DNA from: the human T2T-CHM13v2.0 reference genome, Homo sapiens
NCBI RefSeq assembly: GCF_009914755.1
Contig: NC_060926.1
Direction: 5' to 3' (one strand)
Length of the DNA: 64,000 nucleotides
Shown here: piece by piece, positions 1-16,502 of the stretch
Position numbering within the stretch: the stretch's first letter is position 1
Layout: the number at the start of each line of letters is the position of its first letter
Position numbers and translations under genes: made by a program
The notes under the pieces: model-generated
What the model was told of the DNA's origin: nothing
Seen by the model: the letters and a program-made list of their open reading frames with translations, nothing else
Database searches by the model: none

Positions 1-106
1 AGAACACATAAAACTTATGTTTAGAGTATACTGTAGTCTATTAAGTGTGCAAAGGTGTTTTGTCTAAAAACACAATGTACATACCTTAGTTAAAAATACC
101 TTAAGA

Positions 107-335
107 CTAGGTGCAGTGGTTCACATCTGTAATCCAAACATTTCTGGAGGCTGAGGCAGAGGAATTGCTTGAGCCCAGGAGATCAAGACCACATGCCTGT
201 GGTCCCAGCTACTCAGGAAGCTGACGTGGGCGGATCTCTTGAGGCCAGGAGGTCAAGGCTGCAGTGAGCTGTTTTTGTACCACTGCACTCCAGCCTGCAA
301 AACAGAGAAAGATCCTGTCTCAATAAAAATAAAAA
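107..335 (+). mobile_element. AluJ-type SINE with an internal deletion, inserted in Tigger1
   Basis: Left arm jumps from 'caagacc' to 'acatgcctgtggtcccagc', so the linker is missing. J-type 'ggtcaaggctgcagtgagc' and an A-rich tail. Confidence 0.88.
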
Positions 336-2345
336 TACTTTATTGCTAAAACATGCTAGCAACCTCTACAGCCTTCAATAAGTCATAATCTTTTTGTTGG
401 TGGGGAGTTTTGCTTCAATGTGCATGACTGCTGACTGATCAGGGTGGTGGTTGCTGAAGGATGCGGTGGCTGTAGTTATTGTTTAAAATAAGGTGGATAT
501 GAAGTTTGCTATATCTACTGACTTCTTTTCACAAAATATTGCTCTGTAGCATGTGATGCTGTATGATAGCATTTTGCTGAAGGTAAAACTTCTTTCAAAA
601 CTAAGGTCAGTCTTCTTGAAGGCCTGCCAAGGTTATGTAATAAACTTTGTCAACTAAGTATGTGTAACTCAGTTTTGTAATAGTTCAGATATTTTGCTAT
701 AATTTCAGCAATGTTCACAACATCTTCACCAGGTGTAGATTCCATCTCAAGAAATCACTTTCTTTGCTCATCCATAAGAAACACCTTCTCTTCCACTGAA
801 ATTTTATCAGTCCCATCTTCAGGTCCCACTTCTAATTCTAGTTCTCTTGCTATTTTTACCATATCTGCAGTCACTTGTCCACTAAAGTTTTGAGCTCGTA
901 AAAGTCATCTGTGAGGTTGAAACCAACTTCTTCCAAACTCCTGATGATGTTGATTTTTTGACCTCCTTCCATGGATCATGAATATTCTTACAGGCATGTA
1001 GAACAGTGAATCTTTTCCAGAAAGTTCTCAGTTGATTTTGCCCAGATTCATTAGAGAAATCACTGTCTATGGCAGCTATAGTCTTATGAAATGTATTTCT
1101 TAAATAATAAGACTTGAAATTGAAATTTGAAATTATTTCTTGTTCCATGGGCTACCAAATTTACATTGTGCTAACAAGCATGAAAGCAACATTAATCTCC
1201 TTGAATGAACATCTCCATCAGAGCTCTTGGGCAACTGGGTACATTGCCAATTGGCAGTAATATTTAAAAAATTTTTTTTTTCTGAACAGTAGGTCTCAAC
1301 AGTGTCCTTAAAATATTCATTTTACCATGCTGTAAACAGATGTACTGTCATCCAGGTTTTGCTCTTCCATTTATAAAGGTTTAACGTAATTCTTAAGGAC
1401 CCTAGGATTTTCAGAATGGCAAATAAGCACTGGCCTTACTAAAATCACCAGTTGCATTAGCTCCCAAAGACAGAGTTAACTTGTCTTTGAAGTACTGAAG
1501 CCAAACATTGACTTATCCTCTCTAGCTATGAAAGCCCTAGAAGGTATCTTTTTCCAATTTAGGGCTGTATCATCTATGTTGAAAATCTGTTGTTTAGTAT
1601 AGCCATCTTCAGCAATGATATTAGCTAGATCTTCTGGATAACTTGCTGTAGCTTCTACATCATTGCTTGCTGCTTCACCTTGCACTTTTATGTCATGGTG
1701 CGTAAAATCTCATGAACCAATCTCTTCTAGCTTCAGGCTTTTCTTTTACACCCTTCTGACCTCTGTCAGCTTCACAGAATTGAAGAGAGGATTAGGGCCT
1801 TGCTCTGAATTAGGATTTAGTTTACAGAAATGTTGTGGCTGGTTTGATCTTCTATCTAGACAACTAAAACTTTCTTCCTATTAGCAATAAGACTGTTGTA
1901 TTTTTTTTATTATCTGTGTGCTCACTGGAATAACACTTTTAATTTTCTTCAAGAACTTTTCTTTTGCATTCTACATCTTGGCTAATTGTTTGAGATAAGT
2001 GGCCTAGCTTTCAACCTATTTTGGCTTTCAACATACCTTCCTCACCCTCACTAAACTTAATTATTTCTAGTTTTTAACTTAAAGTGACAGATGTGGGACA
2101 CTTCCTTTCTCTTTAACACATAGAGGTCATTGTAGATTTATTAACTGGCTTAATTTCAGTATTCTCATGTCTCATGAAATAGTGAGGTCCCAGAAGAAGG
2201 AGAGACATGGGCAAACAGTGGGTTGGTGGAGCAGACAGAACACACAGAACATTTATTAAGTTTCCCAGGTTATATGGGTGTGGTTTGTAGAACTCCAAAA
2301 GAATTACAACAGTTAACATCAAAGGTCACAGTGGATCACCACGTG

Positions 2346-2570
2346 TCTAGGCAATGTGGTGAGACCCCATCTCCACCAAAATAATTAAAAATTGGCCAGA
2401 TATGGTAGCGTGTGCTTGTATTCTCAGCTACTCAGGTGGCTGAGGTGGGAGGACTACTGGAGCCCAGGACTTCAAGGCCACATGCAGTGACCTGTGAATG
2501 TGATCGCGATTGCACCACTGCACTCCAGCCTGGGACACAGAAGGAGACCTTGTCTCAAAAATATATATAT
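2346..2570 (+). mobile_element. 5'-truncated AluJ inserted in Tigger1
   Basis: End of the left arm, linker, right arm ('cactgcactccagcctggg') and an A/TA tail. Confidence 0.85.
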
Positions 2571-2821
2571 CACTGATCAAAGATTACCTTAATGAATAAC
2601 AAAAAAAAAAAAACAGTTTGAAATATTTTGAGAAATACTATAAGGTGATACAGAGACATGAAGTGAGCATATGTTGTTTGAAAAATAGCAGCTACGTATG
2701 TGATTGATGCAGGTTGCCACAAACCTTCAACTTGTGAAAAAAGAAAGAAGCAATATCTGCAAAGCACAATAAAGTAAAGCACAATAAAATGAGGCATATC
2801 TGTATACCTGTATTTTCTTTT

Positions 2822-3075
2822 AACCAAGAGTGGCCTGGCTAATTATAACGCTGAGTGTCTAATTTTCCAATAGTTGAGGGGAACACTGAGCCCTAAATTT
2901 GTCACCACTGCTTGGATGTAAAAACCAGCAGCCTCATGGCAATTACATTACATTAGACTTATTTCATCAAGGAATGAGAAGATATTCATCCTCACTGTTA
3001 TAGACACATATTCTGGATATGGATTTTTTTCTTCCCTGCCTGTAACATTTCTGGTAGAAGAACCACCATCTACAG
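2822..3075 (+). mobile_element. ERV-L-type internal fragment (integrase remnant)
   Basis: Degenerate reading resembles ERV-L integrase: 'ttcatcctcactgttatagacacatattctggatatgga' = FILTVIDTYSGYG. The upstream sequence resembles the AECPICQQ..TLSP..QPATWWQ segment. Confidence 0.7.
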
Positions 3076-3369
3076 AAGCAAAACTCAAAGAATTACAACA
3101 GATATTTAAAAGAGGGTTGAGTGGTATACACCAGGCTATGATTATATCCAAATTTGGACTGTTATGAGACATGTCTGTTATTTTTGGGTTCTACTACAGT
3201 TTGCATTGAAATCTCTCTAAAAGTTATTTTCAGAATTGAGTACAAAAAGTATTTTTTACATGTACTTTATAATCTGAGATTACCACTATTAAATTTACAT
3301 AAACTATGTGCTATGATTTATGAATGATGCCATTTGGTGACTATATTAGTACAGTATCTGGCCTCAGAT

Positions 3370-3673
<304 letters not shown>

Positions 3674-4037
3674 AAATTTTTAAATTTTTAAAAATTACAT
3701 TATTATTTCCACATTTGTCATTTTAGTCTTCTCCCTCTCTATAAATGTCAGGTTTTTCTTTTTGTTGCTCAAGCTAAGTTCATCATTACTAGGCTCCCTC
3801 TTTGCTTAGTTTGTACCTCCTAGGTTTTCTGAGGCTGAGAAGCTCATAATAAATAGTTAAGTTTTCTTTAGATCTAAATAAAAGCATTTTGACAGATGTC
3901 TTAGGTATTCAGTATCCCATTTCTCTTTTGTAGATTAACTGGTATAGTTTTCTCCTCTGTCTTTGTTTGTTAAACTGGATTCATGGGAAAAATAAGACTC
4001 CTATTAACTTATATAATTCAAATTTTTATTCTATTAG

Positions 4038-6026
<1,989 letters not shown>

Positions 6027-6151
6027 GTTATATTTTTGTAACGTGTTACTTCATTTTTTGATATTTTTCTCTGCCTAACACTGCCATCCTTCATGAACAC
6101 ACACTCACATACACATTCATAAGTCACAGGCAATTTACCCCTGCAAATAAC

Positions 6152-6181
6152 GTGTGTGTGTGTGTGTATATATATATATAA
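6152..6181. repeat. (GT)n(AT)n compound microsatellite
   Basis: gtgtgtgtgtgtgtgtatatatatatata. Confidence 0.9.
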
Positions 6182-7053
6182 TTTCAAGTAAGGTTAGTAT
6201 TATCAAAACTATTTATACAAAGCAATATATCCATTCATTATTTCATGACTGAACATATCAAAATTGTTTAGTCCAGGAAAATAATAATTTTCTATTATCC
6301 ACTATATACAGAAAAAAATAGTTTCCCATAGCTTCAACCCAAGCAGAATAACATCAGAACCTGATATTTATAAAATGCTTTTAGAAACATTATTACCTTT
6401 ATTCATAACAACAGGCCTCAGAAGTGGATGATTAGAAAAGTTAAGTTACTTGCCCATATTCACACCCTTACTTACTGAATGAGATAGCCAGCATTCAAAG
6501 ACAGGTTTTGTGTCACAGAGGTCAACATTGCATTACGTAGTTTCTGTTTACAGTACCACCTCTTTTAAATGAAGTTTAATTTAATTTAATTCACTATTCA
6601 GTATCCCAATTCTCATATGCCCGGTATAAATTCAGTGTACTTCTAACCAAAGTTACATCTCTAAATTTTCTTAAAGGAGTGTGTTCTCTGCACAGCCTCT
6701 TTTTAAACAGAGGCAACTTCTTTTATTTGATTCACAAAAGTAAGGTGTCACAGAAATGTAAAGCATTGACTTTTTACAATTTCATTTTTTTTTAGGAAAA
6801 ATTTTATTTTTTTACACACTTTCAGTAGTTTGAACATTTATTCATACCTGATATATACTATCCTGTTTTCTACTTCACTCAATTCTATTTTCAACAAGTG
6901 CCAAGATATTATATGAACCAAACCTTAAAATAATGGCTGTGGGGTTAGGTTTCTCAATAAGAAAAATCTACACCTATCTCTCTACATTCATCAAGATCAC
7001 CAGAAGTTAAAAAAAAAAGTCTAATGTAAAATAAAACAAAACAGTCTTTCACT

Positions 7054-7631
7054 TGTAGAGGAGGACGAATTTTCTCAATCATTTTAGGGTTCCTAGATGG
7101 GCATGAAAATAAAACTGACAAAGACAGATTAACACAAGAAAAGCATGCAAATTTATTTAACAAGTTTTGTATGACATGAGAGTCCTCATAAATAAATGAT
7201 GATCCAAAGAAACAGGAAAATCTGTGTATGTTTTATGCTAAATCTAATGAAGAAGTGGATAGCTGTAGAGAAATATGATTGGACAAAAAATGGTAAGATG
7301 TAATGTTAACCAACTGGGAAAAACTCAGTAAGGTCTGTTAGTCCATATCCTTCTCTGTGTTCTATGGCTTCAGGGATAAAGGGCATTCCTTCCTTCTGGG
7401 TAGAGAAAGAACCCATTTGGGATGAGGGTGTTACTTCAGCTGGGATTTATGGCTCGCTTCAGGGAAGAAAGGATAAAGGGAATTTCAGTTTCTATAGCAT
7501 GCTTCAGGAGAGAGAGAGGTAGGAGAATTTCAAAAAACCTTCCTCCTGTGGTTTTCTTAGTTTCCTTCAGCTCAAAATACTCAATATGCCATGATGTCTT
7601 ATTTTGGGGTATCGACTTCCGAGCCCCAACA
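7054..7631 (-). mobile_element. MER34-family ERV1 solo LTR
   Basis: Reverse complement starts TGTTGGGGCTCGGAAGTCGATACCCCAAAATA..GGCATATTGAGTATTTTGAGCTGAAGG (MER34-like). TG..CA termini. Confidence 0.7.
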
Positions 7632-8321
7632 CAACCAACCCCATTTTAATCCTTTTGAAATTCATCTGCATGTACTGAAAATGTATAAAAGCAAAATTAG
7701 GCAGTCTTAGAATTTATTGACTCTAAAAAATACATTCTCGGCATCTATTTAAATTTATGATTTAAAAAATTATAGGCAAATCTAAAAATGTGTAAGAAGA
7801 TATAAATTTTAAAACACTCTTCTAAGGGTATTTGATCAAACTTATTAAAGTTAGCCACCTTTCAATACTATGTGTTGATTTTTCCTGTCCAGGAAAAGCA
7901 GATGGAATGAAAAGTGTGATTATTTTCTCTTCCCCATCAGCAAAGTCTGCTATTTGAAATAAAGGAGCAAAATAAATAGATACATATAATTATTTCATAA
8001 ATCATCATTTGGCTAAAAGGAATATGTGTTTCATTTTTACATTTCAATAAAATAAGAGGTTGTTATTGGAAATACTCATGGCTGTACGATATCTGCCTTT
8101 AATGAATAAGTCAAAGTGATAAGAAAACTAGCCTAGGCCTCAAAAGAGAATTAACTACAAGGCACTAGGAACTCCCCTGTGAATTGCTTCTCTAGACAGA
8201 CACAGGGCAAGAATAACTGATAAAAGTTTGCATTTGCATTTACCAGTGAGCATTTCTTCAGAGAAAACTTTTTACCTGTCAGCAGTCTTCAGTGTTCTAG
8301 AGTTTCCCTCTCTGCTTATTC

Positions 8322-8862
8322 AATTTATCACAAAATACTTGAAATATACAAGACATGCAAAGAACAATATAACAAATCCCCATGTGCCTGTCAACCAGAT
8401 TTAAGCAATGTTAACATTGTGCTGTATTTGTATTTATACAGAAATAAAAAATTAACTGATGCAGATTTTACCTACTTTATCCTCCTACCCAAACATTCCC
8501 TTCTCTTTCTCCTCAGATAGAGTTGGTGAATATTTATATGTATTATACTTTTACTGCATATGTACATAAGCATATACCTATAAAATCTAAGATATTTTGG
8601 GTACTTTTCGGCTTTGGATGAATTAAATAATATTGTGTGATCTCTTCCCCAGTTTTCTCCCTTTAACAATATGCATTCAAGAATTGTTGTAAAATAGGCA
8701 TACTCTAGTTGTCATTTTATTTCTTGAGTATTACTCCATTTTATGAATTAACAAACCACAATTTTATTTATTCTTTCTTCTTTCTAGATACTTAAGGTCT
8801 CCCTCCCTTGCTTTTCTGTTGATTTAGTTTTGGTATTACACATTTGTTGAAATGAATGCCAC
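8322..8862 (-). mobile_element. Ancient L1M (L1ME-like) 3' fragment, split by the ERV provirus and resuming near 17475
   Basis: Antisense L1ME-type 3'UTR phrases. The sequence appears to continue right after the second LTR ('cctgtaaacatattcctcatg'). Confidence 0.5.
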
Positions 8863-9251
8863 CGTCAATAAAAGCAAATCTAGAGTTGAAAAGGAAAGGT
8901 TTGATTCAGAAGAAAGACGATAGGGAGAACACTCTAATCTCAGAAATCTTCAAGTGTCTCCAAATGAAACAGAAAAAGATTTTCATTTTATTGAGTAAAA
9001 TATAAGTAGAATGTTTTAAAGGGAATTTGATCAGGCAAAAGAAAATGGCCAGTGGGGTCTGACAAAGAGTCTCACTATGGCCAGTAGATACCCAGCAGAA
9101 GCTGATGAGAAAGCACATTCTACTTTTTTGGTCCTTGCTCAGACTTGTGGGCATGAAGAATATAAGGTCATGGAGGAAGGAGAGAAACCTTACTAATATT
9201 TAGTCAAGATAAAGCAAAAGGTAAAAAACGGCAATTGTGAACACTTAGTTT
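8863..9251 (-). repeat. 3' LTR of the provirus (MER31/67/90/110-like group; exact family not assigned)
   Basis: Shares blocks with 17079-17474 (aatctcagaaatct, ccagtggggtctgacaa, ggcaattgtgaacactt). Purine tract (minus-strand AACAGAGAGGA) at 9253-9263. Confidence 0.8.
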
Positions 9252-9759
9252 GTCCTCTCTGTTATTTAAGACATGAAGTCTTTTCTTAAACACTATTAGC
9301 GATGGAATAAGAATCACTGTGAAGTTGAGGCTGATCCAAGTAGTTTATAAGGGTAGGGAACCCTTCACATTCTTATTGGCCATGAAGCACTACCCACTGT
9401 ACCAAATGTGGAACATGCTGTCAAACTGATAGCTGTTTTACGGTCTTAGAGATTGGGCTGTTAAAGTGAGGCCTACTGGACAAGTTACTGAATCTGGGGA
9501 AAGTAATAATGATAATAAAATGAGGCATATCTGGGAATAAAATAGAAAGACTAGCTGTTAAAGAATGAACACATGATTAAAACCAAGATCGGAGGTTTGA
9601 AGAAAGCCAGTTGAAATTCAAAGATCTAAAACATGCCTAAAACATGCCTAAAACGTCTTCATTCAGATGGTAGAGTGAAGACAGCAGTGGCAATCTGATA
9701 CATTTCCATTTGTGGTCTGAATATTTTTGGTGATGGCACAGACATCAGAGAGGATTCTG

Positions 9760-10360
9760 GGAAAATATTCACAACAATGCCTTCCAACCACTGTGAAAGT
9801 GGCCCTTCCAGAATCCAGAATCCAGAATCATGACCAATGCCAGAGGATTTTGAAGGACTGTGTTCCTGCAGCTCTCTAGCATCGTAGTTTTGGTAAGATT
9901 GTCCAGAGTCACGGATGTTTCCTGGAACACAGCAAGGAAGATGCAGGAGTGCCAGTAAAATTCCTGAGTGGCCCACATAGCAGCAAGTCCAGGCACAAAG
10001 GTTGCCCATACATGATCTACTGCAACAGTCAAGTCTTTTTGGTTACTCCCAATATTTTAGCCTTTTGTCCCAAGTCTTCTTGAGAACTTGATGAAAAAGG
10101 AAGGTCACAGCCTTCTTCCAGGCCTGGGATTGTGTGCCTAATTTTGTAGTTGTAACACATATTTGTAGAGCTTTTGGGTAACCTAGCTCCCGATAAACTT
10201 AAATCATGCAGAAAAGTAGTTACAACAAAAAAATAAAAAAAGGTAGTCTGGTTAGAAATTTAATAAGGGCTAATTCGGTTAACTAGATAACAGGATCCAG
10301 TTCAATTAGCAGGTAGATACCAATAGGCATGGCTGCCACAAATAATATATACCTTATTAG
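9760..10360 (-). pseudogene. Gamma-type retroviral env remnant (SU C-terminus and TM ectodomain)
   Basis: SU-like YIICGSHAYWYLPAN*TGSCYL (~10285-10350). ORF 9769-10032 has a fusion-peptide-like ATFVPGLAAMW and an ISD-like VLQNPLAL. A frameshifted, degenerate CX6CC (F-TVVGRH-CC) lies at 9771-9797. Confidence 0.75.
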
Positions 10361-11154
10361 GGACTATTTGGGATTCACAGAAATAATTGTCCTATGGTTT
10401 TGCATCTTGGAATTCAAATTAGTTCTTTTGATAGAGATGCTGTTCTATCCAATTGGGAAGGGTAACATAATCATGTTGTTGCTTCTAGAACAGAGAGTTC
10501 CAAGCATACCTGGTAAGATTATGTTTAGGATCATCTAAGTCTAGTAGATTGATATGACAGCCAGACTTATGTGCTGTTGCCTTCTATGGTAATAGTGTAG
10601 GTATTTGTATTGGTGGCAACATAGTTATAATCGTAAATACTTAGGCTCATGAAAGAGAGCTTAGTTATGTTATGATACAAGCAATTTCCCTTTTTAGAAA
10701 AGCAATGATATTGAAAGAGGTTGCTTTTGAAGAATAGAGTAGAAGTATTAATAAAAAGGTTCCTTTGTGACAATACAAAGGATACCCTTAAATCTGATAC
10801 GGGTTAGGATTTAGGGGAAACCAGAGGCTTTCAAAGAAAAGGAAATTCATAGTCAACAAGCCAAAAGTAAATTTGGCAGATTGTGCTAGAAATTAAGTGA
10901 AGGAATGTCATAGTCTTTGGGGTCCTTTCATGGGTGGAGAAATTATTAAAGGGCTCATTCCATATGACTGGGATGATAGAGATAATGCCATTTGGAGGAT
11001 AAGAGAAGAAAAACTCGAATTGCTTGGATGAAATTACCAGGGTCCATTGATCATTTGAAAGAACTAGTGGAATTCCCTATGTAGAGAGTTCTATATAGGG
11101 AATTTGTTCTAACAAAAGTTTATCAGCAGCAGAGACAGTGGCCCTTTTGCAAGT

Positions 11155-11521
11155 TCTCGTAGTCCATTCAGGCTGCTATAACAAAATACCATATACTAAG
11201 TAGCTTATAAACAGCAGAAATTTATTTCTCCTAGTTGTGGAGGCTGGAAAGTCCAAGATCAAGGCACTGGCAGACTTTGAGTCTGGTGAGGACCTGTTTC
11301 CTGGATCACAGATAGCACCTTCTTGCTGTGTTCTCAGATGGAGGAAGGGATGAACAAGCACCCATGGACCTGTTTTATAAGGGCACTAATCCCATTTATG
11401 AGGGCTTCATCCCCATGACCTAATCACCTCTCAAAAGGCCTGACTTCCTAATATCATCATCTTTGGGGTTAGGAATTCAACACATGAATTTGGGAAGGAC
11501 ACAAAAATTACGTCTATTGCA
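11155..11521 (-). mobile_element. MLT1A-type MaLR solo LTR inserted in the provirus
   Basis: 'agtccattcaggctgctataacaaaatacca..aagtccaagatcaaggcactggcaga..gggcactaatcccatt'. Confidence 0.85.
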
Positions 11522-11564
11522 CAAGAGAAAGTGTCAAGCTAATTAGAGAACACATAAATGATAG

Positions 11565-11939
11565 TGATATAGTTTGTCTCTATGTCCCCACCCAAATCTC
11601 ATGTTGAATTGTAATCCCCAATGTTGGAGGAGGGACCTGGTGGGAGGTAATTGGATCATGGGAATGGATTTTCCCCTTACTGTTTTCATGATAGTGAGTT
11701 CTCATGAAATCTGGTTATTTAAAAGTGTGTAGGACTTCCACTTTGCTCTCTCTCCTCCTGGCCATGTGAAGATGTGCTTCCTTCCCCTTTGCCTTCTGCC
11801 ATGATTGAAAGTTTCCTGAGGCTGCCCCAGCCATGCTTCCTGTACAGCCTGCAGAACCATGAGCCAATTAAACCTCTTTTCTTTATAAATTACTCAGTCT
11901 CAGGTAGTTCTTTATAGCAGCATGAGAACAGATAATATG
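11565..11939 (+). mobile_element. MSTA MaLR solo LTR
   Basis: Starts TGATATAGTTTG and contains 'ccatgcttcctgtacagcctgcagaacc'. Perfect 5-bp TSD GATAG at 11560-11564 and 11940-11944. Confidence 0.9.
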
Positions 11940-13409
11940 GATAGTAAGGACATATTAACAACAATGAGATTTAGGGAATTGAATAAATTGAATTGCTAGT
12001 GAAGAAAAGGCCTTGCTGGAGTAGTTTTCTTTCTTGCCCCACCTTTCCAGCTTTACTAAGGTTATGTTTTTGACAGATGGGGCAGGGAGCCACCACTTGT
12101 CCCAGGTAGGGGGTAAAGTTTTTTCACCAATGGTAGCAGAGGGGCTGGTTTTGTTTCTTGTTTCCATAATAAGTGATTTTATAAAGGCCAGAGACTAAAT
12201 TTTAGTTGAGGAAGTGAGGAGAATCCAAGTGGCTATCTGGATGTTTCAAGAGTCCATCTGGTTGGATAAAATATCTGACTTGTTTCCAACTGGCCTTTTC
12301 ATTCAAAACCAGAGGTTTGGAAATGGAAGATTTTAAGTACCTGAATTAGAGAATCAGGGATAATCAGAGTATATTTAAGATCTTATCTGATTGTGGTAAG
12401 ACTGAGAAAGATTAATGAGCTATTGGTTTAGCATATCTATCAACCAGATAATTTTCCTTTTCTTCTGGGATTTTATTACCCATATAAGCTTCTGCCCTTA
12501 GATATATCTATGTTCTTTGACAATAAAAAACTTCTAAGAAGTCAGGCACTGGTTTTCCATTTTTAATTGGTGCCCCAACTGTTGTCTTAAATCCTGTGGT
12601 TTTTCAAAACACACCAAAATCATGTATTACTACCCTGAAATCATACCAACTGTCTATAGAGATGTTAGGTCTCTTGATTTCAGCCATAGAGCCGGCTCTT
12701 GTGAAAGCCACAATGTCAGAAAATTGAGCTGACTTTGTACCAGGTAGAGACTTATATCATATGGGATTTTAGAAATCTGTAGCAGCATATCCTACCTGAA
12801 AACTTCATTTTGAAGTGTGAAGATAGGCACCACCAACAAAGAGGGTCAGCTCAGGATTTGCAAGAGGGATTTCTAAGAGATCTGGGTGGGGATAAATTGA
12901 AAATAGAAAGGCCATAATACCACCATGCAGTTTTCCTTCATCTGGTAAAGGTAGGAGAGTGGCATGATAGATATTCTTGACCTCATGGTATGACCTAGCA
13001 GAAGGACAGCTGTGTCTTGAACTAATTTTGCAGTTGCCTCAGATGAAAAGATTAACATTCCAACTGGAAAGCAGATCTTTACCTAATAGATGAACTAAAT
13101 TGTATAAGTTAATAAAAAGGTATGTTGGGCCTCATGGGGTCCAAGAGGCATAGAAAAGGTTTAAAAGGCAGAACATGAGAAAAATTATCTAACAGCACCA
13201 CAGACATTACATACTGTGAGGATTTGTGGTGGAGAATTATGAAGTGTCAGGGTAGAGCAGGTGGCTACACTGTCTACTGGAAAGTAGTGGGGTGTCAATT
13301 CACTGGGGTAATTATTACCCCTAGAATGCTTAAGACCATTTGGGGAAAGACAAGAGTAGATCCTTCAGAGAGGAGTCACTGAGACTGAGATTTATGATTA
13401 TCTTTCAGC

Positions 13410-15104
13410 TCTGGGGCATTCTTTAGCCCAGTATCATTTTCCCAGCAATATCCACAGGGATCTCTACTAAAGACTTTGGTAAAGTTGAAGTTTGCCCTAA
13501 GGTTTTAGATTTATTTTCCTCAAGTTGTTTAAGTAGAAGAACCATGAACTTGTATTGTGCAAATTTAGGTTTATCAGCCTGTATATCCTCATTGTGCTGT
13601 GCTAAAAATGGATTTCAAAGAGGGGAGTGTTTTGCCAATTAACGTGATGTTTTTAAATAACCTTTCTTAGTTCTATATACAGTCCATTAATAAAGCTGGT
13701 AACCAAGGCAAATGCCATGTAGTCAAGTAGAGTTAGACTTCAAAAATGTTTCTAGACATTTGCTAGGAGTGTAAGAGCTTTTCTCCAATTTCCTTAATTC
13801 TGCTATACACCTCAGGGATATTTTGGTTTATTTTTAAATCCTCTTTAACGCTAACCTAATCCCCTTTTTCAAATCATAAGACAAAGCCTACAAGGAGTTG
13901 AACCAATTGTTAGAGGCATAGGAGTCCCAGAGAGTATTGCCCTAAAATTAACCTAAATTGTGTAGAAAATTTCTCTCTATCTTTATCTGGGTCAGGGAAA
14001 TTCTCAATTGTAGCATGCAGATCAGATTGGGACCAATATTCAAAGATAATTCTCTGGGGAGGGGTATTGTACCCCTTCAGTCCCTTGTCCTTGGTGACCC
14101 AATCCTTGAGAAGCAAGACTGAGGTCACAGGTCACCATGAAGAATTGAGAAGTTGGAAGAGCCAGGGTGGAGTCAGGGAGTGAAGGATAAACACAAGGTG
14201 GCCAGAGCAAGGTTGTAGGAGAGACTGCAACTTGGACAAGCAGAAGGGAAGGAAGGGGGGAAGTGTTGAGGACAAGGGTATCTTAGAGTCAGGGATAAAA
14301 GTGAAATTGGCCCAATTGTCCCAGGAAAATAATATTTACAGATTTTTGAATAAACATAGAAAATGACCCTCCCAGACTTAAACCTTGAAACTTATATTTG
14401 TGTCATCTGAGTTCCTTCCTCAGGAAACCAAACCTCAGCAAGGAACTGAGACTCATCAGATCACCACATTCAGGCAGTGAGATGCCAGACCCCTCAACCA
14501 TCATGATCATTTCTTTGCCTTTTCCCACCTCCCCTGCTACATAAGCCCACAAATTTTAGTGATTTGGCAGAATGGATTTTTTTTCCCCTCACTTTCCTCA
14601 GCAGCAGTACCCGATTAAAGCCTTCTTCTCTGACAATACTCACTATATCAGTGATTGGCATTCTGTGCAGTGAACAGCAGAACTAAGACCAAACCCCTGG
14701 CATTTCAATAAGAAAAGAAAGAGTAGCATTGGAGGCAACACATGGTCCTTAAAAGACTGAGTAGAACAGCTTTCAATAAGTTAGGCTGAGAACATTGAAG
14801 GACCTGATTGAGATTTGAATGAGGAAGAAGTTTTTCAGCTTCTTTCACAACAACAAAAATAATAATAATAAAACAGACCATTGCTAAGAAGACATTCTGA
14901 ACTCCTAAGATTTAAGAGCTACCTGAGGTGGACTAAGTCAAGGAGGTCCCCAAAGTCTTAGAGTGGCTGTAGCAATTCCAAGTTATCCTTTGTAATACTT
15001 TGTGATTTTCAAAGGCATTGGACCAAATTAGTGCCACAGTGGTGAAGCATATAGTCAGCTGGAGTTAATCTACTTTTAGTCCCAGGAGATTGAGAGTTAC
15101 TCAT
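13410..15104 (-). pseudogene. Retroviral gag remnant (MA, CA and NC), interrupted by a solo LTR
   Basis: Start MSNSQS..TPADYM..TKDNLEL at 15104 (MGNSQS-like). CA-like WSQSDLHATIENFPDPDKDREKFSTQFRLILG in ORF 13910-14128. Frameshifted zinc knuckle CGYCWEN-x-YWAKEC at ~13413-13457. Confidence 0.75.
14302..14713 (+). mobile_element. ERV1/ERVL solo LTR (LTR26/LTR47/MER72-like) inserted in gag
   Basis: Starts TGAAATTGGCCCAATTGTCCCA, has an ATTAAA signal, and a 4-bp TSD AAAG. Confidence 0.7.
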
Positions 15105-15190
15105 GAGAGGAACAGTAAAGAAAAGAGCCATGTAGCAACAAATCAGTTCCAGTTCCATGCTCAATCCTCATTTGGGAGCCAAAGGGGGTC

Positions 15191-16502
<1,312 letters not shown>

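Larger units (their letters stand above)
1..2802 (-). mobile_element. Tigger1 (TcMar/pogo) DNA transposon, near full length, decayed, interrupted by two Alus; its 3' end runs off the window start
   Basis: Minus-strand ORF fragments match Tigger1 transposase ([43 protein letters not shown]; MEQEIISNFNFKSYYLRNTF). Terminal repeat CAGATATGCCTCATTTTATTG ends at 2802, followed by TA. Confidence 0.93.
10950..12850 (-). pseudogene. Retroviral pol remnants (RNase H and integrase), interrupted by two MaLR LTRs
   Basis: RNase H-like LPGTKSAQFSDIVAFTRA..PNISIDSWYDFRVV (~12620-12750). Integrase zinc-finger-like CPICQKHN (~12060-12085) and core-like GIPLVLSND (~11050-11080). Confidence 0.7.
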
